Shown here: positions 1 through 12,800 of the stretch, in pieces
Layout: each line of letters opens with the position of its first letter
How positions within the stretch are numbered: position 1 is the stretch's first letter
Assembly (NCBI GenBank): GCA_040954595.2
Contig: CM082581.2
Location: 12,708,286 to 12,772,285 of the forward strand
Reading direction: 5' to 3'
DNA length: 64,000 nt
Source of the DNA: Balanoglossus misakiensis
Taxonomy: Eukaryota > Animalia > Hemichordata
Notes under the pieces: generated by a model
The model's database searches: none
What the model saw: only the letters and a program-made list of their open reading frames with translations
Told to the model about the DNA's origin: nothing
Program-made: the position numbers and the translations under genes

Positions 1-3000
1 ATAGGTTGGCATGACATACTCTTGGGGCAAAAACAATTTTTGACAACAAAAAAATATCATATTAACTGGATAAATACGAAAACCCTGGGGATGACAGTTT
101 TAGGCCATGTCTTTGGGGATTTCATCTAATCCATCAATTGAAACACATCTAGTATTCACACTACATACTGTAGGGGGAGGCTATGTTATTGCTAGAACCT
201 ACTAGTAATTATGGCATAACAATTATAACTGTTTACATAATGTGGTATCACAAATTACAGAAATTGTGTGGTCTCACTGCTGTGATGTTTCAGTGCACAG
301 TCGACCATCAAGTAAACCTGTTGACCGACTCCTTATTTCGGGCCATTTTGGGCAAAGAAACTTGTGTTGTGACTTTGACTCACCATAAGGGAAACCTATG
401 ATACAGTAAACTGTTGTCCACTGTGAAGGTCAATGCAACCCAAAATGGTGAATAAGCTGCTGTACTTTATAAGCGGCCACCAGCTTCTGTAATTAATCTG
501 GACGATTGTATGGAGGTTCTAGAATCTACTGATAACCCAGGATTCAACAGCATTTCAACTGGTACCACCCTGATATAATCAGAAATTGTCTTTGTCTTTT
601 GATAATTCACCTCTGAACGGATTACATTTCATCCTATTTACAGGTAACATAATGGATCATTTCCGGAAACATGCTGCACATGCATGCGTTTCCTGGTACT
701 AGTGTATTTATCCGCTTTATTTCCAAAGTGTAAATACACAAAAGAGCTTTCTGTTCTGTATGTTATCGATCATCTAAAACAACAGTGGACATGTTTTGAA
801 TACACTCATGGCCTACTTCAGCACTGATCTGTTGTGATTACCAAGTCACGGGGGTCATCTACATGTATGCATTTTACCAAGCGCAAGAGCATTCAGTGGT
901 CAGAGGGTTAAGCTGGGGCACGACCCGACACAAGATATCACATGGTGTACACTGTATTCTTTCAGATAGAAAAAAAGACCTCTTTTGAAAATGAACAGAC
1001 TGATGCTACAAATGTTAGAAGACAATATGTGCCACAGGTCTCTGCACCACCTGTCTATCTGTGGATTCCAATATGGCATCAGTCAAATTTTTATTTGATA
1101 CATAGAGTAGTTGTGGCAGCAGTTCCATCAGGTCAATACTGAATTTTCCACAGTAACCATGGTGAAAACATCATTAATAACTAAACATTTTTTAATAATC
1201 AAGGAAATGTAACAAGCTCCCACTAAAAATGCACATGAATAAACAAAACCCCCTCATAAAAACTACATGTACTATAAACCCTACAGAAAATTGCCCTTTA
1301 TATTATTTGATCTGAATTTTTCAGATTTGTTTATCCTCCTCCTCTTCTTACCTATTTCAATGTTGCCTCCCTGTTCAAGAAATCATTACCACATCATCCC
1401 CTGAACATGTGCCCTTTTTCAGCAGCTGCAAATGATTTCTTTGACAAATGATGCAGGGTGATAAGTAAACTTGTAATATTGAATATTGATGGTTTATGTT
1501 TGAATATCAAGGACGTTTGTTAGCTGGCAGTATGTGTGCATGTGTGTGCATGGGCGTGTGCATGTGTGTGTCAAGCCTCGCAGACTTCAGTCTGCTGTCT
1601 TGTTTCAGGACAGACTTAAAAGCAGAAGCATTACGCCAAATATGCTGCCTTAATGTATTGCATCAAAAGCTCACCTCCAGTCAACTGCCCACAGGGAAGA
1701 TTTTCTATGGCCTCCTATATATTAAACTCATGAATGGACAACAAATTAACAAATTCACACAGCAAGCTCTTGACAAATCAAGCAGTGAAATCTTTCTGAG
1801 AAAAACACGACACTTTGACATTCCAGTATCATTACCCTTTGTCAACGAGATGCATCTCAAAATTGCTCGATTTTGTGAAATGCAAGCATTGTATCTTCTC
1901 CTGTAGGATAGCGTGTTTCTGCCTTTGAAATGTTTCCATGGCAACATGACACACACACCCCAAATTGCCTGTGAATCTGTTCAGATGCTCATCTTTTTCT
2001 CAAAATGTGTGTTGATTGCTGTGGTCAAGGTCACCAAAAAGCATGAGATTGTGTGATATAGAACTGATCTTATTCAGTAGTGAAGTGAGCTTGAAGTTGA
2101 AGTGAGCTTGCTACATCTCTGATTACAGTGTGAGGTATCTACAAAGGTGTGTCAGAACTGATGGTACACTTGAACAAGTATATCCATAACATTCATGCAA
2201 ATGGCAGTATGATTGGTTCTCGTTCATGAAAAAGCCATGCAACCAGCCAGCCAGCCAGCCGCCACATATCAAAGCCAGGGTAAGCCAGACTGGCTGCACG
2301 CAAGACACAAGATATCCACCCCTGCAGTCTGCAAACAATGAGACAAAAGAAAGAATGAAGATGTCTGACAAAGGTAAAAAGGAAACAAGCATATAATGCA
2401 CTGCACAGATTAAAACCAAACATAACTTTGATATCACAGACAGACAAACACACGGAGAGAGTGACAGTCTCCGAATATACACAGTGGGTTTGAAACAGTT
2501 CCCCGTGGTGCTCACCCACAATGTTGACATACTCAGGACGGCTGTCTCCCGCGACATCAAGGGATACAAATCAACTTGATGAGATCGGTAACTAGGGACT
2601 TTAGTGGAAACAAGTGAGAAAAACTGCATCTGGAGTCACGATCTGACATTTGCTCAGCCAGCCCTCTCTGGAATTACGCTCTATTAAGGTGAAAAATCGG
2701 ACAATAATATGATTTCTGAACTAACAAAGCAAACTCTGGTGACGATGAAGACCTACGTATCACATCGTGAATATTTGATTAAATAAAGGTCTCACAATGC
2801 AAATAAATTCAAATTTGCCTCTCAAGGAAATGTGTCAGGCAATTTACATGATTGTTATGATGTAGATTTATGAAGAGCACAAAAGATATGCGTGTTTCTG
2901 AACACATCATGAAGTGTAGTTACTGGGATCTGAGTTTTAAAAACACGCATCATTTCCTTTAGGATTAAGTCAAGCTTTGTATTAACTTTCCCTCTGGGAA

Positions 3001-4946
3001 TTTTCTTCTTTGACATAAATCACAGTGTGTAGGCAAATGGGACTAATGACAAAAAAGGAAAAAAAACCCAGAAAAATTAATGTTTCAATTGGGATTTTGT
3101 TGTTGCTTTGACAGCAGGATTGATGCGTCCACGCACACCAATCAATAGTGGAGGGGGACGTGAAATGTCATCTGTCATGTATGAAGAAATCGGTGTGTAG
3201 GCAGCCATCTGTTCTCAAAAACACGTTACATATGACTAGTTATCATTAATAGAAGGTCCATAGAGTATCAAGCGTGTACACCTGAATACGACTTTGATGG
3301 CAAAAAATCACTGAGGTGGATGGATATAGATGTGCGTGCGTGTGAGTATGTGTACTGTTACTGGACGAAACAATCACGTCAGGCTAACTCACGCACAGGA
3401 ATTTGCGATGATTGCACGGCACTTTGTAGTGTTCCGCCCGACGCACGTCAAAATAAAGGGCTGCATGCTGCTGAGCTTGATTCGAAGGTCAGGGGTTTAA
3501 CGCTGGCAGCCACAGAACATCAGACAGGGAGGGTGAATGACACGCACTTGACGGTGTCACCTCTCGTAGGACTAATAAAACGAGACGAACTTGGACTCTG
3601 CGAAAAAAAGAAATGCCAAACGCACACACTGGGACAGAATATTAAGGACAATTGACAGGGAAAGTGATCATAGAAATGACACCTGGATGAAAGACAACCA
3701 CAAAAGGCACGGACAATGGGAGTGTGACAGACTCTCTAAAGAGACTCTTGAGACACGAGAGAAAGTGTGGTGTTTTATAAAGAGATTAGCAAGACAGAGA
3801 CATTGAGGATGCAGTCGGTCTGCTTCCACGTGTGAAGCGCCGGTATATCACAATGCCTGGAGAGACCCTCTGACAGCACGTCCCCTGATTGCAAGGCACA
3901 ATTCAATCAGTGACCGTGTATCAAACTCCTCAATAAAGCCATACTCAATAGCATCTCCCTGTGTCAATTTAATCGCCGACAAGTGCCTTTGAGAGACAAC
4001 TTCAATGGCATCAATCGAGTCACATCTGATTGCTTCTTGAGCATCCTTCAATTAAAGCACACGGCTGACCTTGCTCAGTGTCATCAGAAAGTCAAAGACA
4101 GCTCTGTGTCTTTGTGTGTGTGTCACTACAATCTGCGGGGCAAAATTACCATCATTATCAATTCTTGGGAACAGTTGTGGGCTGTACCTTTAAATTTGAG
4201 CAACACAAAAAATTAATGGGTGGCAGACCTGTTTATTCAGTCTCCACTGCAAGAGTAAACAACAGACATGGTATACGCACATGCATATTAGAATCTTCAT
4301 AAATTCAAAATGGTGCCATCCATTGGCTAATTTTTTTATCGCTAAAAACATGCTAGATGTGGCAGCTCATGGGGCTTTCAGATTAATCCATATGCTAACT
4401 ACAGTCCTGCCATCCATCTATATATCCAGTCAGCCTTCAACTAAAATGACAAACTTTGTACAAAATGGTGTTTCTGCACCACTGCAGCCGCCCACCCATG
4501 TAGACATTCAACCCCCACAATGGAATATGACAGATCCATTTATAAAGTCACATCCCGAGCCCTGACAGATGACATTTCACTAAAAGCTTTACATTGATCG
4601 GATATTAATTTTGTTGGTTTTCAATTATCATCCTCTGTGTCACACCTTGTCGAAAGAAAACAATTTTTTTTTGTCAGCAGGAAATTTTGAAAAACAAAGG
4701 TCAGCACAAATTCTTTGTTTATAAACTATTAAAAGAACAATGAATAATATTTTTAAAAGGTCACTGCAATTTACGAATTCAGTTTAGACATTGAAGTGAA
4801 AGTCCTACTGCTATTTTTTATGATGTGACTGTCGTTTCTCATTTTTTTTTTAATATTTCTTTTACAGGCCAGAATTCGAAAGGTCAAGTTAGAACAGACT
4901 GATTGATTATATCAACTTGAAAACAAAATCTAATTATCTTACTTAC

Positions 4947-5425
4947 CATTATCGTTCTTTGCAAGTTTGAACTCAGCGACCCGAACATGACCTTTCCGCA
5001 CAGCGTGGCAATGGTTGGGAAAATTAAGGCACCGCAGAGTATCCTGGTGGCAGAGATGGGGTCGTTCATCGGGACAGGCTCGGCGGGAATCCGCAGACCG
5101 GGGGCAAGATCGGGGAAGAGGTAATTAAGGAATGGGATCTTGGTGGAGTGCTTTCTCCACAGCTTCAAGATGTAGTCTTCCCACCGGATCATCTTTCCCA
5201 GTATGAGCATAACGGGAATAGTGGGAAGACCTATGAGGAGAAAGAGAGGATCGGCCCGTTCCATGACATCCAAGCCTTCCTTGTGGCCCAGTACTTGCAT
5301 AACAGTCACTGCTCCATAGGTAACTGCAGTCCAGTAGATGGAACCCACCACAATACCTGCTGCGGCAAATGGACACACTTTGTAGATGATCTTGTCAACC
5401 ATGTCAAGGATATATACAAAAGACC
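4947..5425 (-). CDS. MARCHF5: MARCH5 internal coding exon (transmembrane region), 479 nt, phase 1 to phase 0
   Basis: Translation GSFVYILDMVDK...CPFAAAGIVVGSIYWTAVTYGAVTVMQVLGHKEGLDVMERADPLFLLIGLPTIPVMLILGKMIRWEDY...SATRILCGALIFPTIAT...SNLQRTIM closely matches human MARCH5. Minus-strand acceptor CTCACAG| at 5426 and donor |GTAAGT at 4946. Confidence 0.96.
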
Positions 5426-6555
5426 CTGTGAGGTAGAAAACACAGAAAATGTTCAAATTCAATATTTGGAATTTTCAAAATAGTTGGTTGTAGCAATTAC
5501 TTACAATTTTAAAAGCCCTAGTAGCTCGATGTCATGCAGTTTTTTCAATTCAAAAGACATCATTCTCTTAGTGAATACAAATTACTGTGCCATAACTTTA
5601 GTTTTGAATATAAATCATGAAAATAATGTGAAAACACACAGTGCCACTACACACTCTGTCCTTGACAGAATGATTACTTTTGGTGTTATTTTATTCCACG
5701 TAAAAATATTTTCCTCCCACTGAAATGGTGTAATTACTGCCACTGGCAACCAACATTTTTGTAACCTTTCAAACAGGAAGCTGTCAACGCAATTCAATGA
5801 TATTTTGGAAATTCTCTATTATTGCAAATATTTCAGGGTTAATACAAATATGAGATGACGGTCCAAGCAGTAAACACTGACACTTTTGTGTATTCTAATA
5901 ATGTTTCAATAGAGGACATTTTTCAGTTAAATTTTTAAATGAAAGAAACGTAACCCAAACAACTGTACACTGAATACTAGATGAATTCAACTTGAAATGG
6001 CATTTACCATTCAAAACAGTTGCTGCAGACACCGATGTATGTTATAATGAATGTCCTTGCACAATAACATAAATGCATAATTGCATGTTTTGGCATAATT
6101 TCCTGGGAATACCTATTGAAATTCTCAAAATGGAAAAGCATTTCTGTTATTAATAATTCAGTAAATGGAAGTGTTTTTTTCATTGTGGACACTTCCCCTG
6201 CTTTTGACAATGGCACCATGTTCCTATACAAGGTGGCACAATGAGGTCTTTGAAAACTGAAATTCAGGAAAAATCGAATATAGTGATTAGAGGAGGATTT
6301 CCTTGTACCTAATGCTTTCAGGAAATACCCACTTTGTAGTCAGGGTTAGACAATTACATTTACTTGGAGAGAGAATAAAAAACAGTAGGGCCATTCACAC
6401 GTGTCTCAGAATCTTCATTTCTTTGACAGACTGGCAACGGTAAAAAGAAATCTCACAAGGTCACCAAATATGATGGAGAAAACAAAAACAAAATAATAAA
6501 TATATAGCAACATTGATCCTCTCACATCCAAGTATGACAAATCCCTTCCCTTTAC

Positions 6556-6761
6556 CTAGTTTTGGATAGACTATCAGATACTCGGTATTGCACTGTGGAC
6601 AAGATACTTTGGTGGTGCTGTTGCCTTTCTGTTTCTCGTCTATCCACCGTTGGAGGCATGATTGATGTACCCATTTGGTTGTTCCTTTGCACCTGCACGG
6701 CCGAGTCCATGGTGCTGATCGATCATCTTCTTCCGTGGCAAAACAAACCCAGCACGTACGC
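6556..6761 (-). CDS. MARCHF5: MARCH5 RING-CH (RINGv) exon, 206 nt, phase 2 to phase 1
   Basis: RTCWVCFATEEDDRSAPWTRPCRCKGTTKWVHQSCLQRWIDEKQKGNSTTKVSCPQCNTEYLIVYPKLG is the C4HC3 RING-CH of MARCH5. Acceptor TTTGCAG| at 6762 and donor |GTAAAG at 6555; it joins in frame to the 5425 exon. Confidence 0.96.
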
Positions 6762-9700
6762 CTGCAAATCAAGGACAGAGAGAGAGAGAAAGTGGGTCAT
6801 TTATTGGTGTGTAGTCATTCATCGTGTTCTTCCTGGAATTTTCTGAGAATCAATCGTATCTGGACGTTCTGCTGAAATAAAGAGGGTAATTAAAACTCGG
6901 GTGCGCTGACATCGAAGTAAGGCACATATAATAAACCTGAGGTGCTCTGACATCAGAGTCAAACTCTCCCGGCTAACAGCCTCTCTTTGAGAAAGATTAG
7001 CATCTTCAGGTACCGGTAGAACCTCACAACCCTGAGACATCTAGTTTCATTTCATGAACCCCAGACTGACTTAATTCACAGGTTTTCATGGTACACATTT
7101 TGTTGTATTACACTTCATAAACAAGTTGCCCAAAACAGAGATTGTGCGATGAGTTTTCAAAGATAACAAACTTGTTTGGCCTATTTCTCTAGAAAAACAG
7201 AAATCGGTGAGATATGATGAATATTGTATAAGTGTTCTTATCAGAGGTTTCAAGTGTATTCCCACTGACAAGTGTCGTGAGACACACGCCAAGACTTGCC
7301 GTGGGTTATATTATCACTACTATTGTCTGATTGGTTGGATCACTTTCATTTGCCCCGGTGTTGCATTTCATTGCTGAGTGGCCCTGTTGGAGATCTTTGC
7401 CCCCCATACAGTCTTAGGGGAGCTCTTTACAGATGACTGAATTCTCATCCACTGTGAACTCTGCCAACAAAGCCAAAATGGGAACATGTCCAGTTGCATC
7501 GAGGAGGAGTGAAAATTAGTATTCACCATAATCAATCCCAAAAACTTGACTTTCACCATAAACTTATCACTATTAGTGCAGCGAAGCATATCTGCATTTT
7601 GAATACTTTGATTAATATGCGTCACAAGGAGTTTCGATTTTTAGCAAACATTTCACAATTGTAATAAGAATGATTGATGTAACTGTCTTGCACTGAGTGT
7701 GTGCTCTTGTCATCACGCACTTTCATCCAATATTGTCCCCCTTTCTGACAATACAGGTTCTGCATTACCCACAATTATTGGCGTGATCACCCTTTCGCTA
7801 ACAAATGTGTTTTTAATAAATTTTATTTGACTAAAATGAAGGTGGGAAATTCATTTTGCCATTTCACGTCAGGACTGAAACTCATTAATCACTGTTGACA
7901 TCCTTGAGAGAGGAGGGAGTTGCAAAGGGTATATCCATTTTTCATCTGGGATCGCATCTATGGGAAGGTTTCGGCTGTTGCTATGTGGAAGTCAGAATGA
8001 CGCCACAAAAGCAGGGACAGATGATTGATATGCGATAACTTCTCTTCATAGATCCGGATGAAATTCTGAGAAGCTGTATGCGTGGGGGGAAAGTATATTT
8101 TTCACAGAAAGTCTGGTTAGAATTTGAGTGTTATACATGGACTGTATGTGGGAGTGAAGATGTAACATTGTTCAACGTGTAGCAGGCAGGAAATGTGCTG
8201 GGCCCACAAGGACAAATCTGATGACTGCAACCACACATAATGATCAACCACTTGAGCCTGATCACCGAATTCTGTTCGTCAATTCTGGCGATGATTATCT
8301 CATTAGTATTTTGCAACCTTCTCTGATTGTGCAGAAGCACGGAAAAATTGAACATGTTGCCACTACATGGCCATTTCCGCTGGGTATTTATTCAATTATC
8401 ATCTAAACACGATTCTATTTTTCCCTTTGGTGCAGGCTTTGAACTTGGCAATGGCTCTGTCATTGAACTTGATTCCGAAAAAGAGTGGGTAACAATGCCT
8501 GGTGGTCTAATTTAATTGGGACACGGATTAAACACAGTCTTGGATTACAAAATAGGAATATCTCAGCCTATTAGGCTTTTTCTCAAGGTCCACATTTTGT
8601 ATGGAAAACCTGCATCTCACCAACAAGGCTGAATAACTCTGGTATGAAAAACATGTAGAAATTTCCATGTTTCATAAATTTCTCAGTGGTTATCAGAATG
8701 AGTTCCTCATTTCTAAGCATTTTAGGTTTGCTTTTTCAGTCTTTTTCTTTTCATTCATGCTTTCACTCGATTTGATACTTGATCAGCCGAGAGTGTTGAG
8801 AAATTAATTTCCTTGGTAGCATTCACATAGCATATGATGTAAAATGGTCAAATGGGTATGTTTCTAATTAAATTACAGTATACATGATTTGTTTACACCT
8901 TGCCGGTAATTTGCATCAATTTGTGAATTAGTTTTGATCCAGTGAGCGGATCCTTTTACGTGAACAGTAAAATGAACAGCGAAAAACATCAAACTGCATT
9001 TTTCCTACCAGTTCTTTTCACTCACCAGGAATACAAAGAATCTAAGCTCATCCCCCAGTTTACACAGTGTCCATGTGTTTCCGGGATTACAGGCGATTGT
9101 CATGCCTACGTTATTCATTGCATGAAATCCTGCTGGTTTGAGATTGATGCTGTGACATTCACTGTACATGTACCTTTAGCGGTCATATTGACACTGTTTA
9201 GGGTTTCCCATTGACAGTGTTTCATCGCAATACCTTATGTATGCTCTCATCACCAAATGACAAATTTTAAATCTGCCACTCTTACAAAACAGCCATCTCC
9301 TAATTGTCATCTTTTAATGAACGTTCTCACCCCGATTTCAGAGGAACAGCCCAGCTTCTTCATTCCATGTAATGAGGTCAAACTATGGCATGGAGAGTGA
9401 TGGCATTTTGTAATTATACTATTGGCATCACCTTTTCTTGAACTTGAAGATCGTGTAGTCATAAAAAGGGCAAAATAAATGAATTTCACTGGATTTGAAT
9501 ATCATATTAGAAATACACACATATATACATGTAAATGAGGGAACTGTTTGCTTAATAGTACTCTGTTTAATAGTACTCCAATAAATTTCCCATTTGATCT
9601 CTGCTTGGCATCTAAAAACTGTAAATGTCACAGAATTGCTTAAACTGGCAACTTTGCCAATAAATGATTTAGGGGGTGTCAAATCCCAGCTACATGAGCT

Positions 9701-9857
9701 GTAGGTTCCCTGTACATTTTGACCAGTTTCATGGAATTTTGGCAAATGGCACGCTGAGGAATGACAAGATGTAGTCATATTTTTAATTCATTTTGTTCCA
9801 CCAATTTGAAATTTTATCAGGAAAAAGATCTAACCAATGAAGGTATTTTGTATCTTT

Positions 9858-9873
9858 AGAGAGAGAGAGAGAG
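9858..9873. repeat. (AG)n microsatellite
   Basis: Directly visible AG run. Confidence 0.85.
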
Positions 9874-12800
9874 AACAGACATCTGGAAGAGCTATTTTAT
9901 CTGCCTGACATTTGAATTTTGAATAATAGATATTATTGAAAGGTACTGAAAGGTACAATGACTGTGGGTGTTCAGACTGAAAAAAGAACTTCCCCCTTTC
10001 TAGATAACTATCTGGCTCATCTTAATATTGTTGAACAAGTCCACTCCTTTCATTGCATCACTTTTTTTGTACTTACACACACCTGGAATAAATTTAATCA
10101 TGATAAAATGCAAACAGCTCCCTTAAGAATAGTCAAATGGCTGTTTTTATTTCCCTGTCTATTATTGCATGATAAAACTGAAACTTTTACTGTGCTGACA
10201 CAGTTGAACTCAAATATTTACTGATCTAACCCACCATTTTTTCACCTCGTGATAGTGCGTGCTGGATGTGATTTTCTAATGGGATTGGATTCCACTTCAA
10301 TCTTTACATTAAATTAAGTGAATTCAAGATTCGGGAGGGGGGGGGGGGTGACTTCTTTTATACTGACAGTTCATTTCTGTCTGTACGCTTCAGAGTATTT
10401 TGCATAAACATCCCACGATTTGACATTTCAGTTTGAATAATTACATGGAACCGACAGAGTAATGGTGACTCCTGCCCACATGAAACTTCGACTGATTTTT
10501 TCTAATAAAAGATTTCCCTTGTGAAATTGTTGTGGGTGTTTTACTCCTACTGTGGCTGCATGGTTTTGTCAATTTGTTGAACAGCTTCTCAAGATTGTCA
10601 GGATGTGGTACTTCACTCGAAGGAGAATGTAGATGGTCTGAAAAAACTTTGACAAAAACAGTCAGACAGTGTCATCAAAGACAGGTCAGATGAGCATGCA
10701 GCTATTCGGTATTTAAACATGTTTCACCGAGTAGAACAACATAAATGGCTCATCAAATGAAATTAAAATAACCAAAATCGTGAAAAGTATAGCCACTTTG
10801 TCCTGTATTATTGTCGATTTCATCAGAGCCATCTAATAGGATGGATGCGTGTGTGTTTCCAGTTGTTTGAATTGATAGCTTTTTTGAAATCCAGAAACCT
10901 GTGATTACTTCAGATCAAACTTCATCCAGTCAGCTGGCCTGCACTTAATAATGCAACAATGATCTCCAGCCAATACATTACAACACAGCTGTGTTAATCT
11001 CTCCCCAGTGTTTGCGTCTTGTGAGTGGACTATTTCTCTTTCAATGTTTAATACAAACACAGTCCTCTGGGTAACATGAAACTTTCACTAATCCTTAAAA
11101 CTCATAGTTTTTTTGGAAATGTGACAGAAAGAGTGGACGAGTGATTTTTAAAATTGATGATTTCAGCCTCCCAATATTACTATAATGGAGCATTCTCATA
11201 ATTAAACAAATACAAATGTATCAGTCACAGTGGTTTTTGAATTGTATGACAAATTCTTCTCAGGAAACCTCATTATAGTTTCAATGGAATGTAACACTTT
11301 CAAGTTTCTCAAACCTTCTCTCGGCAGAGTGGAGTTGTCTGGCTATGTGGCTTTTGACATTTCCATAAAAACGCTACACCTCGCTACTCAGCGAACTTGA
11401 AAATGTCAAGAACAAAACCTGCCATTTCACAGCTTTGTTCTCGGCGCCGCAATTTTGCAGTGTCCTTTTGGAGCTAACGTGGGCAGCTTTATCATAAAAA
11501 CATAAGCTTGTGCCATATTCATCAAATAACATTCTGTTAAAACAGGAATACATACAGAATCAAACGCCAACTATCACTGAAATGACAGTGACCCACACTC
11601 TGCCTGGGGACACGGACACACGGCTTGTTCACTTCTATTCAATCAAACATCCGAAGAAACAGGGGTCACAAAAGAGTCCCAGCTTACATGTCATAAGGTC
11701 CCATCCAGGGAGTCAAGTACTAAGCCTTCTGACGTCAGCAGGGCCATGAAATCCCAGCTCATGCACTCATTTTTTCTAAGACACGAGAAATTCAAGTCGC
11801 AACTGACTTAGTGGATTGCTTCACACAAGAAAAAAACGGATATAGGAAAGGATTTACGATTACTCGGCCCAGTAATTGCTTTTTTCTAGAAATACAACTT
11901 GAAAAATGGAGTCGATCAGAGGATTACAATGAGTGTAGGTATCTCGGAGGGGTATATTTGACAAAAAAGATAGGCAGTTAAGGAGAGGTGTTATTAAATA
12001 AATGAATACCCTTGATAAAGTCTTCAATTATTAAAGTATTATTACCGGTATAAGTTAAGCTCAGTTTCAGATTGATACTGTGGGCAGAATGAACTTTGTT
12101 TTGAGGACGTCATACGATGAAATGCGATAGAGCTGTGGGAAGATATTAGGCTGTGACATTATTCTTTATGCTAGATGCGTAGGCAATGGTTAGAACTTGA
12201 ATACCGGTTTTTGGAGAAAAAAACTGCTTTGTCATTAAAATACACTGGGAAAGCCAAGGACTGAACATTGAGTGGATGCGTATGGACATCTTGTTAGTTC
12301 CTGATGAGCTCTAAAATGGAGGGAATCATTATTTCATGTTAGGTTAAGGGAGCTTGTATGAAGAAGGTACCCAAGAACTCACTGAGCTGCACAGTACAAT
12401 CAGTTCTAGCTGCCAGGCCAGACTGTACGTGTGCTGTCTGTTTTGCCCAATCAGGATTGTAGGTTAATAAAGAACAAGAGGTTAATAGAAGAGAGTGCAC
12501 TGACTTAGTTACTTGGAGGATTGGGGATTTGTTCCAAATCAAATGCTAATCCACTTCTTCGAATTGCCCACACAGCAAACAATGTTTATAGGTAAAATTG
12601 GAAAAAGGTTTATTTGCTCAGAACCGATTTTACATGTACCCACCCACACATCCAGGTGTTTTTAAATGTCCCATTGATTCTCTTGCACAACTGGACAGTC
12701 AAACTTACAGTAGTTAAGTTTGAACTGAAAACATGGATGTCACCAAAAAGTCTGCCCATGGTTGATGGAAACAACAGTAACACAGGATAGTTGCTGGTTC

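Noticed and set aside
2123-2629. 168-aa hydrophobic minus-strand ORF
   Set aside because: No recognisable family, and its composition comes from T/G-rich simple sequence in the MARCH5 intron.
1-4946. Final MARCH5 exon (GGIAFVAIKGAFKVYFKQQQY-like)
   Set aside because: Candidates near 570, 2320 and 3100 on the minus strand hit stops or lack similarity. The exon probably lies left of the window, though I may have missed it.
12301-12330. CTGATGAG followed by a short stem, hammerhead-like
   Set aside because: Stem II closes with a G-G mismatch and is followed by GAAT, not GAAA; no stems I or III are evident.
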